A DNA stretch of 64,000 bases from the IMG/VR virus record IMGVR_UViG_3300011113_000123, positions 1-64,000 of that record; one strand, given 5' to 3'. This stretch comes from a virus. Both the position numbers and the translations under genes were made by a program. Shown one piece after another: positions 40,306-50,420 of this stretch. Below the pieces are notes generated by a model. It saw only the letters and a list, made by a program, of their open reading frames with translations, made no database searches and was not told the DNA's origin. How positions within the stretch are numbered: position 1 is the stretch's first letter; each line of letters starts with the position of its first letter.

Positions 40306-40691
40306 TGGCTGACGGCGTAGTAAACAAACACGTTAAGGGCGGATGGGTCATTGTTAAGTTTAGTAACGGTGGCGGCTTCGTAAACCTTAATCACGTAAAT
40401 CCGCTCATCGGTGCTAACTCCGCTGGCGAAACTGTAACTCGTATGAATATCATTTCAGCAGAGTGGTCAATTGGTAACAACGCATACTGGGTTGTTAAGC
40501 GCGGCGCAAACACTGTTCTCAATCTTACAGATGGTCAGCACGTATTTGATTTCTCAGATTCACGCCTTGTAGATAACTACGGCGGTGAACCACAGGCTAA
40601 CGTTGTTGTGACTAAAGTTGGTTCTGGTCCAGGAACTATCACTCTAAAGCTACATAAGGTAGCTACAATCGCAGGAGGCTCGCAATACTAA
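40305..40691 (+). CDS. Hypothetical head-associated protein
   Basis: Coupled ORF directly before gp21; beta-rich. Confidence 0.5.
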   Translation: MADGVVNKHVKGGWVIVKFSNGGGFVNLNHVNPLIGANSAGETVTRMNIISAEWSIGNNAYWVVKRGANTVLNLTDGQHVFDFSDSRLVDNYGGEPQANVVVTKVGSGPGTITLKLHKVATIAGGSQY

Positions 40692-41347
40692 TGAAACTCA
40701 TCTGCGAAGTTAACGAAAATCTACAGATCATCACAGAGGCCAATGAAGCAGGTGAGAAGCAGTATTTCCTCGAAGGCATTCTTATGCAGGGAAACATTGG
40801 AAACAAAAACGGCCGTGTGTATCCAACAGGAACTCTAGCTAACGAAGTCGCTCGCTACAATCGTGAGTTCGTTCAGCAAAATCGCGCATATGGTGAGCTT
40901 GGACACCCACAGGGTCCAACCATCAATCTCGAGCGCGTATCTCATATGATTAAAGATCTACGACAGGAAGGCGATAACTTCGTCGGCCGCGTTAAGATCA
41001 TGGACACTCCTTACGGTAACATCGTAAAGAATCTCATGAAGGAAGGCGCAAAGCTAGGCTTTTCTTCACGTGGTATGGGTTCGCTGGTTAAGCGTAAAGA
41101 TGGTCTTATGGAAGTTCAGAAAGACTTCTATCTTGCAACAGCAGCTGATATCGTAGCAGATCCTTCAGCCCCACACGCGCTCGCGAACGGGATCATGGAA
41201 GGCAAGGAATGGGTCTGGGACAACGGCATCCTTGTAGAAAAGGAAGTTGCAGCAATTAAGCATGGAATCAATGAGGGATACGGAAGCAAGCAAGATCGCG
41301 AAGCAGTTCTGCTCAATGCTTTCAATAAGTTCCTCAAAAAGTTTTAA
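40691..41347 (+). CDS. gp21: Prohead protease gp21
   Basis: EGILMQ..NKNGRVYP, GELGHP, INLERVSH, SSRGMGS, DIVADPSAP. Confidence 0.95.
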   Translation: MKLICEVNENLQIITEANEAGEKQYFLEGILMQGNIGNKNGRVYPTGTLANEVARYNREFVQQNRAYGELGHPQGPTINLERVSHMIKDLRQEGDNFVGRVKIMDTPYGNIVKNLMKEGAKLGFSSRGMGSLVKRKDGLMEVQKDFYLATAADIVADPSAPHALANGIMEGKEWVWDNGILVEKEVAAIKHGINEGYGSKQDREAVLLNAFNKFLKKF

Positions 41348-41360
41348 ATGGCATCGTTTT

Positions 41361-41368
41361 TATAAATA
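41361..41368 (+). promoter_or_regulatory. Late promoter TATAAATA upstream of gp22
   Basis: Exact consensus, intergenic. Confidence 0.85.
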
Positions 41369-41408
41369 AACTATAATAGATTTCTATAACCCTGAGGAGA
41401 ATATCAAT

Positions 41409-42506
41409 ATGTCAGGTCAGGAAAATAACGTCGGGAAGCTCGACGTGCAAGAAGCAAAAAAGGCGAGCTACGGCGTTGAAGCTGAGGTCGCTGATCCTAC
41501 TGGAGTTCAGGCCGCAGTTCCTGGTGGTGTAGCCCAGCAGGGTGAGAAGTCTGGTCCTATGACACAGGGCTCGGGCATCAAACCTTATACCAAAGTAGGT
41601 ATGATTAATTCTATGGTGCAAGCCCTAGGCGGTATGAAGAAAGCAGAGGTATCTGCCATGTACGACAAGTTCAAGGGTGACAAAACAAACCCACAGCAGG
41701 GTAACTCTGTTAATCCAAAGGAACGTTCAATCGGCGAAGAAAAGATTGCTCGTTTGACCGCAGAAGATATTGATGTTTCAGAAGACATCATGGCCATCTT
41801 TGCTGGTATGGAAGTTTCTGAAGAGTTCATTTCAAAGGCTTCAGAAGTTTACACAGCCGCTGTTCTTTCAAAGGTAAACGAGCAGCTCGAAGTTGTTGAA
41901 TCTCAGTTTGACGATTCTCTGACAGAAGAAGTTTCAACTGTTAGCGAAGAACTTGTTGAGCGCGTAGATTCATATCTCGACTATGTTGTTGAGCAGTGGA
42001 TGGAACAGAACTCAGTAGCCATTGAGCGCGGTCTCAAGGCTGAAATCGTTGAGTCCTTCATGAATGGTCTCAAGGGTCTGTTCGAAGAGCACTATATTGA
42101 TATTCCAGATGATGCAGTTGACGTTGCAGAAGAGCTTGCTACTCGCGTAGAAGTTCTTGAGTCAGCAATCAACGAAGAAATCGAAAAGAATGTTGAACTC
42201 ACAGCACAAATTCACGAATTCGAACGCGCTCTAGCGTTCGCAGAAGTTTCAGAAGGCCTGACAGACACGCAAGTTGCTAAACTGCAGTCACTTTCTGAAG
42301 CAGTCGACTTCGAAGACGTTGATACGTACTCAAAGAAGATTGCTACCCTTCGTGAGAGCTACTTCCCATCAAAGGCGTCTGCAGCACCTTTGTCCGAATC
42401 AGTAACTCTCGATGAGGAACCAGTGGGCGACGACGTCGCTGAAAAGCAGGTTCCAGTTGAAATGGCTGCTTATATGAACGCGATCACTCGCGGCATCAAA
42501 AAGTAA
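41409..42506 (+). CDS. gp22: Prohead scaffold protein gp22
   Basis: Acidic coiled coil; VDSYLDYVVEQWM, LKGLFEEHYIDIP, LRESYF. Confidence 0.92.
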   Translation: MSGQENNVGKLDVQEAKKASYGVEAEVADPTGVQAAVPGGVAQQGEKSGPMTQGSGIKPYTKVGMINSMVQALGGMKKAEVSAMYDKFKGDKTNPQQGNSVNPKERSIGEEKIARLTAEDIDVSEDIMAIFAGMEVSEEFISKASEVYTAAVLSKVNEQLEVVESQFDDSLTEEVSTVSEELVERVDSYLDYVVEQWMEQNSVAIERGLKAEIVESFMNGLKGLFEEHYIDIPDDAVDVAEELATRVEVLESAINEEIEKNVELTAQIHEFERALAFAEVSEGLTDTQVAKLQSLSEAVDFEDVDTYSKKIATLRESYFPSKASAAPLSESVTLDEEPVGDDVAEKQVPVEMAAYMNAITRGIKK

Positions 42507-42529
42507 AAGAAAATTAGGAGAATAAGAAA

Positions 42530-43930
42530 ATGCAATCTCTGAACGAATCAATTCAGAAGAAGTGGCAGCCAGTCCTGGAACATCCTGATCTGGCTCCCAT
42601 TAAGGACGTTCACCGTCGTACCGTAGTAGCTCAGCTTCTTGAGAACCAGGAAAGAGCTGCTCGTGAAGATGGCTTCGGTTCTGGCGGTTATCGCGCTCCA
42701 GGTCTCCTGGGCGAAGCTGCTCCAACCAACGCTATGGGCAATTCATCTTCAACAGCTGGCGACGGCTCGATCGACACATTCGATCCAGTGCTCATCTCAC
42801 TGGTACGTCGTTCTATGCCAAACCTGATCGCATACGATATCTGCGGCGTTCAGCCAATGACAGGTCCAACAGGCCTGATCTTCGCAATGCGTTCACGTTT
42901 CACTAACCAGTCAACGACTCCAGAAGCTCTCTTCAACGAAGCTAACACAACGTTCTCTGGTTCAGCCGCTGGCAACACTGCTTCACGCAAGGTTGTTGGT
43001 AACACATCAACAGGCCGCTTCCAGCAGTCAAACGATCCAACGGATCGTGCATCAGCCGCTACAACTGGTTCATACACTGTTTCAACAGGTATGTCACGTT
43101 CAGCAGCTGAAGCTCTTGGCGACGGTTCTGCTAATGCGTTCCAGGAAATGGCATTCAGCATTGAGAAGGTAGCGGTTACAGCAGTATCACGCGCTCTCAA
43201 GGCAGAATACACAATGGAACTTGCTCAGGATCTTAAGGCCATTCACGGTCTTGATGCTGAGACAGAACTCTCGAACATCCTTGCTGCTGAAATCCTTTCG
43301 GAAATCAACCGCGAAGTTGTTCGTACAATCAACTACACCGCTTCTATCGGTGCTCAGGAAAACGTAACCACAGCCGGTACGTTCAACCTGGACGTTGACT
43401 CAAACGGACGTTGGATGGTTGAAAAGTTCAAGGGTCTTCTCTTCCAGATCGAGCGTGAGTCTAACCAGATCGCTAAGGCAACTCGTAGAGGCAAGGGTAA
43501 CGTTATGATCTGCGGATCTGACGTAGCTTCTGCTCTTCAGATGGCTGGCGTTCTTGATTACACCCCAGCTCTTGCTAACAACCTGAACGTAGACGACACA
43601 GGCAACACGTTTGCTGGTGTTCTGAACGGACGTATCAAGGTCTATATCGACCCATACTTCGCTTCAACTTCAGGCAAGCAGTATTTCACACTCGGGTACA
43701 AGGGCTCCTCAGCTTTCGACGCCGGTCTGTTCTACTGCCCATACGTTCCTCTCCAGATGGTTCGCGCCGTTGGTCAGGACACATTCCAGCCAAAGATTGG
43801 CTTCAAGACACGTTACGGAATGGTTGCAAACCCATTCGCAACGTCTTCAGCCGACGGCGTTATTGGTGCACCAAACACCAAGGGCTACAACGTCTACTAT
43901 CGCTTCGTGCAGGTTACAAACCTCATGTAA
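42530..43930 (+). CDS. gp23: Major capsid protein gp23
   Basis: KWQPVL, LIAYDICGVQPMTGPTGLIFAMR, LKAEYTMELAQDLKAIHGLDAE, YCPYVPL, FQPKIGFKTRYG. Confidence 0.98.
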   Translation: MQSLNESIQKKWQPVLEHPDLAPIKDVHRRTVVAQLLENQERAAREDGFGSGGYRAPGLLGEAAPTNAMGNSSSTAGDGSIDTFDPVLISLVRRSMPNLIAYDICGVQPMTGPTGLIFAMRSRFTNQSTTPEALFNEANTTFSGSAAGNTASRKVVGNTSTGRFQQSNDPTDRASAATTGSYTVSTGMSRSAAEALGDGSANAFQEMAFSIEKVAVTAVSRALKAEYTMELAQDLKAIHGLDAETELSNILAAEILSEINREVVRTINYTASIGAQENVTTAGTFNLDVDSNGRWMVEKFKGLLFQIERESNQIAKATRRGKGNVMICGSDVASALQMAGVLDYTPALANNLNVDDTGNTFAGVLNGRIKVYIDPYFASTSGKQYFTLGYKGSSAFDAGLFYCPYVPLQMVRAVGQDTFQPKIGFKTRYGMVANPFATSSADGVIGAPNTKGYNVYYRFVQVTNLM

Positions 43931-43981
43931 GAATAACCCTCCATGTAGGAGGGATAATAAGACGGGTTCAAACCGCAAACT

Positions 43982-44006
43982 GGGGAGCAGAAATGCTCCC
44001 CTTTTT
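43982..44006 (+). terminator. Intrinsic terminator after gp23
   Basis: GGGGAGCA-gaaa-TGCTCCCC followed by TTTTT. Confidence 0.88.
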
Positions 44007-44024
44007 CATTGAATAAATAGTGAT

Positions 44025-44573
44025 ATGAGCGCACTCGAAAACCAACCATCGAACATCAACTTCCTCGGGCAAAACGGATTTCGATTTGCTATCAAGAGGC
44101 TTCCTGGTGTAAACTATTTCTGTCAGGCTGCTACGATTCCCGCAGTTTCTATGACGCCTGTGCAAAGCCCTACTCCATTCGCGTCTGTTCCGCGCCCTGG
44201 CGATCGTATCACGTACGAGCCACTGACGGTTATCTTTAAAGTAGACGAGGATCTAAAGAACTACTTCGAGATCCAGAAGTGGCTTGAGGGGCTAGGGCAT
44301 CCTGATAGCTTGGATCAAACTCGCCAACTATCTAAGAACATCAATAACAATCTGATCGCTGGTACTCGTCCAGTTGGCTATTACACAACGTTCATGTCTG
44401 ATGCTGTTCTTTCTATCCTTACCAGTGCCAAGAACTTGAACAAGAATATCATGTTCTTTGATCTGTTCCCACTCAGTCTTTCGGAACTGAGCTTTGAAAC
44501 GACCAACAGAACGATTGACTATCTTGAGGCAACAGCTACGTTCAGCTATCGTAAGTATGAGTTAGAAGAGTAA
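44025..44573 (+). CDS. gp3: Tail completion/tube terminator gp3
   Basis: NFL..NGFRF.I, YFCQAATIP, PGDRITYEPL.V.F.VDEDLKNY.EI..W; AATAAATA late-like element at 44012. Confidence 0.88.
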   Translation: MSALENQPSNINFLGQNGFRFAIKRLPGVNYFCQAATIPAVSMTPVQSPTPFASVPRPGDRITYEPLTVIFKVDEDLKNYFEIQKWLEGLGHPDSLDQTRQLSKNINNNLIAGTRPVGYYTTFMSDAVLSILTSAKNLNKNIMFFDLFPLSLSELSFETTNRTIDYLEATATFSYRKYELEE

Positions 44574-44596
44574 TCTAACCCTGTGTAACACAGATC

Positions 44597-44625
44597 ATTA
44601 TAATGGCATAAGTTCCAGTTGTCAA
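44597..44625 (-). promoter_or_regulatory. Perfect sigma70 promoter on minus strand, antisense to gp3/gp23
   Basis: Minus strand TTGACA (44625-44620), 17-nt spacer, TATAAT (44602-44597). Confidence 0.75.
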
Positions 44626-44639
44626 GAACTACTTTACTC

Positions 44640-44668
44640 TTGACAACTAATGATACAAGTGGTAAACT
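44640..44668 (+). promoter_or_regulatory. sigma70-type early promoter for uvsY
   Basis: TTGACA-N17-TAAACT, 6 nt before ATG (probably leaderless mRNA). Confidence 0.7.
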
Positions 44669-44674
44669 TATCAT

Positions 44675-45112
44675 ATGAAGCTAGAAAATATTTACGCCAT
44701 GTGGGAAGCCGATAGCAAGTATGATGATCTCAACTTGGATAAGGACTCTCTCAACATCTCATCCCTCCACGCCAAGTACAATCGGCTACTGAGTGAAACT
44801 CGTAGCCAATTGCGTTCAGCTGTCATCAAGAAGAAAGCTCATTATAGCACGCTCCGCGATTACTATTTGGGTCATTTGAATAATCCACAGGACCTAGAAC
44901 GTATTGGTCGCGAGCCCTTCCTTAACAAGGTTCTAAAGAACGAAGTTCAGGGCTACATAGATTCTGATGGTGATCTTATTCGTATCGACGAGCGTATTGC
45001 TCTTCTCGAAGAAAAGGTCGAAGTCATTGTTGAAATCATGAAGTGTATCCACAAGCGCGGATACGATATCAAGTCCGCGATTGAGTGGAGAAAGTTTACT
45101 AATGGATTCTGA
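44675..45112 (+). CDS. uvsY: Recombination mediator UvsY
   Basis: W..DS..D...LD..SL.I..LHAKY; RGYDIKSAIEWRKF. Confidence 0.9.
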   Translation: MKLENIYAMWEADSKYDDLNLDKDSLNISSLHAKYNRLLSETRSQLRSAVIKKKAHYSTLRDYYLGHLNNPQDLERIGREPFLNKVLKNEVQGYIDSDGDLIRIDERIALLEEKVEVIVEIMKCIHKRGYDIKSAIEWRKFTNGF

Positions 45113-46595
45113 CGTAACTCTGACTAAGGTAAATGAAGCATTCATGCGCGTGGACGGGAACGCGGGTATCGTGCGTGAAGTTGCTGACTATCTTACGTTT
45201 GAAGTTCCTGGTGCTAAGTTTTCGCCGAAGTATAAATCAAGAGTCTGGGACGGTAAGATTCGCTTGCTTAACTCACGCAACATGCAATGTTACGCTGGTC
45301 TTGCTCACAACGTAAAGTCATTCTGTGAAGAGAATGGGTTCAGCGTTTCTATTGATCATGAACTCATTATGACTGAGGAGTTTTCACTTGAAGAAGCTAA
45401 AGATTTCGCTGCCACCTTGGGATTACCTTTTCAGCCTAATCCTCATCAGCTTCGCGCTTTTGCACTTGCTGTTCGCAATAGTCGTGGGATCCTTGTTAGT
45501 CCTACCGCTTCTGGTAAATCCCTAATAGTATATCTCATCACGAGGTATTACAATGCTCGTACTCTTATTATTGTTCCAAATATTTCTTTGGTTAATCAGC
45601 TTGCCTCTGACTTTGCTGACTATGGTTTTCTTTCCGATACTCATGTCCATCGAATCTACTCAGGGCAAGATAAACAAACGGATAGACAGGTTACCATCTC
45701 AACCTGGCAATCGATTTACGAACTTCCTAAAGCGTATTTCGAACAGTTTGAGGTGGTCATAGGCGACGAGGTACATCTGTTCAAAGCGCAGTCGCTGACT
45801 AAGATCATGACAAACTGCACGGATGTTAAGTATCGCTTTGGTGTCACCGGAACGCTCGACGACTCGCAAGTCAACGAGCTGATACTGAACGGTCTCTTTG
45901 GTCCTACACATAAGATCATCACCACGAAAGAACTGATTGATAGTGGTACGCTCGCTGAAATCAAAATCAAAGTTCTTGTTCTCAGTCATCCTCTCGAAGA
46001 ACGTAAAAAGTTAATCGACAAGACGTATCAAGATGAAATAGAACACATCATCAGCTATAGCCCGCGCAACAAGTTCATTCGCAATCTTGCTCTGTCGCTC
46101 AAGGGTAATACGTTGATTCTCTATTCATACGTTGAGAAGCATGGTGACGTTCTGCAACAGATGATCAAGGAGAAAGCGAACGGACGCAAAGTGTTCTACG
46201 TTCATGGTGGAGTTGATGGTCAAGAACGTGAAGAGATTCGACACATCGTAGAAAAGGAAACGGATGCTATCATCGTAGCTTCTTATGGAACGTTCTCTAC
46301 TGGAATCAACATCAAGAATCTACACAACGTCATCTTCAGTAGCCCCACTAAGAGTCGAATCAGAACGATGCAGTCTGTTGGTCGTGGATTGCGCGTTTCT
46401 GACACAAAAACTTCTATGACCCTATTTGACATTGCAGACGACTTGACGCATAATAAGAAGAAGAACTATACGTTGAACCATCTTATCGAACGTGTCAAGA
46501 TGTATAGCAGTGAAGAGTTCCCCTACGAACTCCACAATATCAAACTCAGGAGCGATAATGCAACAGGGCGAAGTTTATTTTCTGAAGCTGAATAA
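45102..46595 (+). CDS. uvsW: DNA helicase UvsW
   Basis: WDGKIRL, SPTASGKS, GDEVH, STGINIKNLHNVIF.SP.KS, QSVGRGLR. Confidence 0.95.
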   Translation: MDSDVTLTKVNEAFMRVDGNAGIVREVADYLTFEVPGAKFSPKYKSRVWDGKIRLLNSRNMQCYAGLAHNVKSFCEENGFSVSIDHELIMTEEFSLEEAKDFAATLGLPFQPNPHQLRAFALAVRNSRGILVSPTASGKSLIVYLITRYYNARTLIIVPNISLVNQLASDFADYGFLSDTHVHRIYSGQDKQTDRQVTISTWQSIYELPKAYFEQFEVVIGDEVHLFKAQSLTKIMTNCTDVKYRFGVTGTLDDSQVNELILNGLFGPTHKIITTKELIDSGTLAEIKIKVLVLSHPLEERKKLIDKTYQDEIEHIISYSPRNKFIRNLALSLKGNTLILYSYVEKHGDVLQQMIKEKANGRKVFYVHGGVDGQEREEIRHIVEKETDAIIVASYGTFSTGINIKNLHNVIFSSPTKSRIRTMQSVGRGLRVSDTKTSMTLFDIADDLTHNKKKNYTLNHLIERVKMYSSEEFPYELHNIKLRSDNATGRSLFSEAE

Positions 46596-46935
46596 CGGAG
46601 AAGATATTCTCTGCCAGCTCATCGGAGACGACGAAGACTATCTGTTCATCACTCAGCCATATCGCGTTGAACTCATGCAGTCTCCAACCACGATGACTGT
46701 AGCCACTACAATCATGCGTTGGCTACCATTTGACAGTTTAATGGATGAGCACGTATGTCTAGATAAGAAAAACGTCTTGACATATATGATAGTTGATGAT
46801 ACAGTAGCTACTAAGTACATGAATACTATCAGTGACGAATCACGTAAAGAACGCGAACAAGTCATGGATCGACTGAGACAAGCTACACATGCAGTTCAAC
46901 GTTCTATGGCTAACACACATGGATCACTACATTGA
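46558..46935 (+). CDS. Sm-like-fold conserved protein between uvsW and gp55
   Basis: FLKLNNGEDILC...WLPF pattern; synteny. Confidence 0.6.
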   Translation: MQQGEVYFLKLNNGEDILCQLIGDDEDYLFITQPYRVELMQSPTTMTVATTIMRWLPFDSLMDEHVCLDKKNVLTYMIVDDTVATKYMNTISDESRKEREQVMDRLRQATHAVQRSMANTHGSLH

Positions 46936-47474
46936 TTAACAAACCTAAAGCCAAGAAGCACTACGTAAACAACAAGGATCTGTATGATGCTATGGTTGCG
47001 TATAAGGCTCAAGTGAACGAGAACAAAGAAGCTGGAAAGCAAGCACCACGTATTCCTCACTACATCGGTGAGTCGATTATGAAGATTGCAACACATCTTG
47101 CCTATCGTCCAAACTTTGCAAACTATACGTTTCGCGAAGAGATGATCTCTGACGGTATCGAGAACTGTTTGCTATACATCAATAACTTTGATCCAGCTAA
47201 GTCGCAGAATCCTTTCGCATACTTTACGCAGATCATCTACTTCGCTTTCATTCGACGTATTCAGAAAGAAAAGAAGCATCTCTATACGAAGTATGCAGCC
47301 ATCGAGTACGCTAACATCATGGGAGAAACGTCCGAGTCTCAGGGAGGTGATAGCGGATCATACGATACTGATATCAAGTATGGTGAATGGTCCAAGGAAC
47401 AGATGGAGAAGTTCATGGCTGACTTTGAGACTAGTAAGGGTATCAAGCGCGGAAGTAAGAAAGCTGCATCATGA
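46932..47474 (+). CDS. gp55: Late-transcription sigma factor gp55
   Basis: HYVNNKDL, IATHLAYRPNF.NY..REEMISDGIENC, NPFAYFTQI...AF.RRI.KEK. Confidence 0.95.
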   Translation: MINKPKAKKHYVNNKDLYDAMVAYKAQVNENKEAGKQAPRIPHYIGESIMKIATHLAYRPNFANYTFREEMISDGIENCLLYINNFDPAKSQNPFAYFTQIIYFAFIRRIQKEKKHLYTKYAAIEYANIMGETSESQGGDSGSYDTDIKYGEWSKEQMEKFMADFETSKGIKRGSKKAAS

Positions 47475-48532
47475 AGATTGCTTTGATTACTGATACGCAC
47501 TGGGGAGTGCGCAACGACCAGCTCGCATTCCTTGACAACAACAAGAGGTTTCTTGATGACGTTTTCTTCCCGTATCTTGATCTTCATGGCATTAGCACCG
47601 TTATCCACCTCGGTGATTTGGTTGATCGCCGTAAATACCTCAACATCAACACGGCTAAACGAATGCGCGATGATTTTATATCACCTCTACGCGCAAGAAA
47701 CATTACGACCCATCTCATCATCGGCAACCACGACACATATTTCAAGAATACGAATTCAGTCAACTCCATTCGAGAGTTTTACAGCGATGACTTCAACATC
47801 TACGAGCGAGCCACAGAAGTAGAGTTTGATGACGTTCCTATCCTATTCATCCCGTGGATCTGTGATGACAACCGTGATGAAACTATCGAGCTCATAGGAA
47901 AGACCAATGCACAGATCGCTCTGGGACACTTGGAAATCGCGGGCTTCGAGATGTATAGAGGAAGCCCCGTCAGTCATGGTGACGACCGCAGTCTTTTTAG
48001 TAGGTTCGATCTTGTATGCAGCGGTCACTATCATCATAAGTCTACTCATGGGAACATTAATTATCTTGGGTCTCATGCTGAGTTTACTTGGAGTGATTAC
48101 GACGACCCTAAGGGATTTCATATCCTCGACACTGAGACGCGTGAGCTCACTTTTGTAGTCAATCCTTACAAGATGTTCCGCAAGATCTGGTATAACGATA
48201 AGGACAAGACTTCAGAAGAAGTTATGGAGCGCGACTTCAGTCTGTATGCTGGAGCCTATGTCAAGCTGATCGTATCCAACAAAGACAATCCATTTCTGTT
48301 CGATCTGTTTACCACGAAACTGTATGAAGCTGCGCCGCTAGAAGTTACCATCGTTGAAGACCATCGCAACATGGATACCATCAGCGAAGATGATCTACTA
48401 GACGAGGCTGAAGATACGCTTACTATCTTGTCTAAGTATATTGGCACGATTGAATCTAACGTTGATAACAAAGATCTTGACAATCTGATGCGTTCACTAT
48501 ATCATGAAGCTCTTCAGATGGAGACTACGTAA
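47471..48532 (+). CDS. gp47: Recombination endonuclease subunit gp47 (Mre11/SbcD-like)
   Basis: ITDTHWG, HLGDLVDRRK, IGNHD, SGHYH. Confidence 0.94.
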   Translation: MKIALITDTHWGVRNDQLAFLDNNKRFLDDVFFPYLDLHGISTVIHLGDLVDRRKYLNINTAKRMRDDFISPLRARNITTHLIIGNHDTYFKNTNSVNSIREFYSDDFNIYERATEVEFDDVPILFIPWICDDNRDETIELIGKTNAQIALGHLEIAGFEMYRGSPVSHGDDRSLFSRFDLVCSGHYHHKSTHGNINYLGSHAEFTWSDYDDPKGFHILDTETRELTFVVNPYKMFRKIWYNDKDKTSEEVMERDFSLYAGAYVKLIVSNKDNPFLFDLFTTKLYEAAPLEVTIVEDHRNMDTISEDDLLDEAEDTLTILSKYIGTIESNVDNKDLDNLMRSLYHEALQMETT

Positions 48533-48717
48533 TGGAATTTGTAGCCAACGAAATCTACGTTGATCGCGAAGGCAATGAGTATAGATACCTTGAGCGTCGT
48601 AGTGGCGTCCAGGTATTTGAGTCTGTTGAAACTGGTACTCGTCTTGTATTGAATCCTGTTGGGCGTTATAGATGGGATGACCAGGATCATCCTCGTGACA
48701 TTATCGGAAAGAAATGA
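48532..48717 (+). CDS. Hypothetical protein
   Basis: 61 aa coupled to both gp47 and gp46. Confidence 0.6.
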   Translation: MEFVANEIYVDREGNEYRYLERRSGVQVFESVETGTRLVLNPVGRYRWDDQDHPRDIIGKK

Positions 48718-50420
48718 TTCACTTCACAAAGGTACGCTGGAAGAACTTCATTTCGACCGGCAACGCCTTCACAGAAATCCATCTCGATAAGAACGACTCT
48801 ACTCTCATCGTTGGCGAAAACGGCGCGGGCAAGTCTACAATGCTTGACGCGCTGTGCTTTGGTCTTTACGGTAAGCCGTTCCGTAAGATCAAGAAGGATC
48901 AGCTGATCAACTCTGTGAACGGTCGTGATACTGTTGTCGAAGTTGAGTTCACATCAAAAGAACATCAGTACGTCGTAAGACGCGGAATCAAGCCAAGTCT
49001 ATTTGAGATTATAGAAGACGGCGTGCTGATTGACCAGGATGCAGCTGCGCGTGACTATCAAGACATGCTTGAGAAGCATATTCTTAAGTTGAGCATGAAG
49101 TCATTCACGCAGATTGTTATTCTTGGTTCGTCGTCGTTCGTTCCGTTCATGCAACTGACTACGAGCGTTCGGCGTGAAGTCATCGAGGATCTGTTAGATA
49201 TCCGCGTCTTTTCCTCGATGGCTCTCCTTCTTAAAGATCGTGTCGCGACTAATCGTGAAGAGTATAAGCTCAACGATCGTGACATTACATACACGAACGA
49301 TAGCATCAGAGCTCAGGAAAAGATCCGCGTAGAGCTAGATGAAAAGCGTCTGGAAAAGATTGAAGAGTATAAGAAGCGTATCGAGCAAGCTCAGAGTAAC
49401 ATCGCGCGCGAGCACGCGAGCGCGTCAGAAATAAATGCTGAGATTGAAGAGCTGATGGAAAAGTGTTCTAACCATCAAACTCTCAGCTCGCGCGTTCAGA
49501 AGATTTTGAGCTTGGAAAAGAGCTTGGAAACAAAGAAAACTAACGCTCGTAAGACTATCAAGTTCTATGCTGACAACGACGAGTGTCCTACATGCACGCA
49601 AACTATCGACATACACGTTCGAGCGGAGAAGATTGGTGAGAAGGAAAAAGTCATCCATGAAATCGAGGACGGTCTCAAGAAGCTCGCGACCGAGTTGGCT
49701 ACGACAGAAGAAAGCCTCGCCAGAGTTCAAGAAATCCAGCGCGACGTATCAGTACGCCAGCGTGATTATGCTGCTTGCCAGACTGCAATTGCAGCCTATC
49801 AGAAAGAAATCTCTGTTTACAACAAAGAAATCGGGAATCTTAACAAAACCGAAGACGCCACGTCGGCGACCGGTGCACTGATTGGGCTTCGTGATGATCT
49901 AGCGAAGTTCCTTGAAGTGAAGGAACGTATCCTACGTGAGAAGGAGATGTATGAACTTGCTACTGTTATCCTGCGTGATAGTGGAATCAAGTCGCGTATC
50001 ATTAAGCAGTACATACCAGTCATCAACAAACTGGTGAATAAATACCTCGCCGCCATGGACTTCTTTGTGAAGTTCGAACTGAACGAGTCGTTTGAAGAAA
50101 AGATCCTATCGCGCCATCGCGATGACTTTACATATGACTCGTTCAGTGAAGGTGAGAAGATGCGTATTGATCTTGCGCTTCTGTTCACATGGCGTTCTAT
50201 CGCACGTATGAAAAACAGTGCCAGCACCAACCTGTTGATCCTCGACGAAGTGTTCGACGCATCACTAGACTCTAATGGCTGCGACGAGTTCCTAAAGATC
50301 ATCCACGACATGGAAGGATCTAACATATTCGTCATATCGCATAAGGGCGATGTGCTGCATGATAAGTTCGCTAACACAATACGCTTTACAAAACACAAAA
50401 ACTTTAGTAGGATAGTATGA
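48714..50420 (+). CDS. gp46: Recombination ATPase gp46 (Rad50/SbcC-like)
   Basis: GENGAGKST, CPTC zinc hook, FSEGEKMRIDL, LILDEVFD, ISH. Confidence 0.95.
   Translation: MIHFTKVRWKNFISTGNAFTEIHLDKNDSTLIVGENGAGKSTMLDALCFGLYGKPFRKIKKDQLINSVNGRDTVVEVEFTSKEHQYVVRRGIKPSLFEIIEDGVLIDQDAAARDYQDMLEKHILKLSMKSFTQIVILGSSSFVPFMQLTTSVRREVIEDLLDIRVFSSMALLLKDRVATNREEYKLNDRDITYTNDSIRAQEKIRVELDEKRLEKIEEYKKRIEQAQSNIAREHASASEINAEIEELMEKCSNHQTLSSRVQKILSLEKSLETKKTNARKTIKFYADNDECPTCTQTIDIHVRAEKIGEKEKVIHEIEDGLKKLATELATTEESLARVQEIQRDVSVRQRDYAACQTAIAAYQKEISVYNKEIGNLNKTEDATSATGALIGLRDDLAKFLEVKERILREKEMYELATVILRDSGIKSRIIKQYIPVINKLVNKYLAAMDFFVKFELNESFEEKILSRHRDDFTYDSFSEGEKMRIDLALLFTWRSIARMKNSASTNLLILDEVFDASLDSNGCDEFLKIIHDMEGSNIFVISHKGDVLHDKFANTIRFTKHKNFSRIV

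Noticed and set aside
28059-50420. Introns or inteins in terminase, portal, capsid, UvsW or gp46
   Set aside because: ORFs are continuous and near expected length; no intein or intron signatures seen
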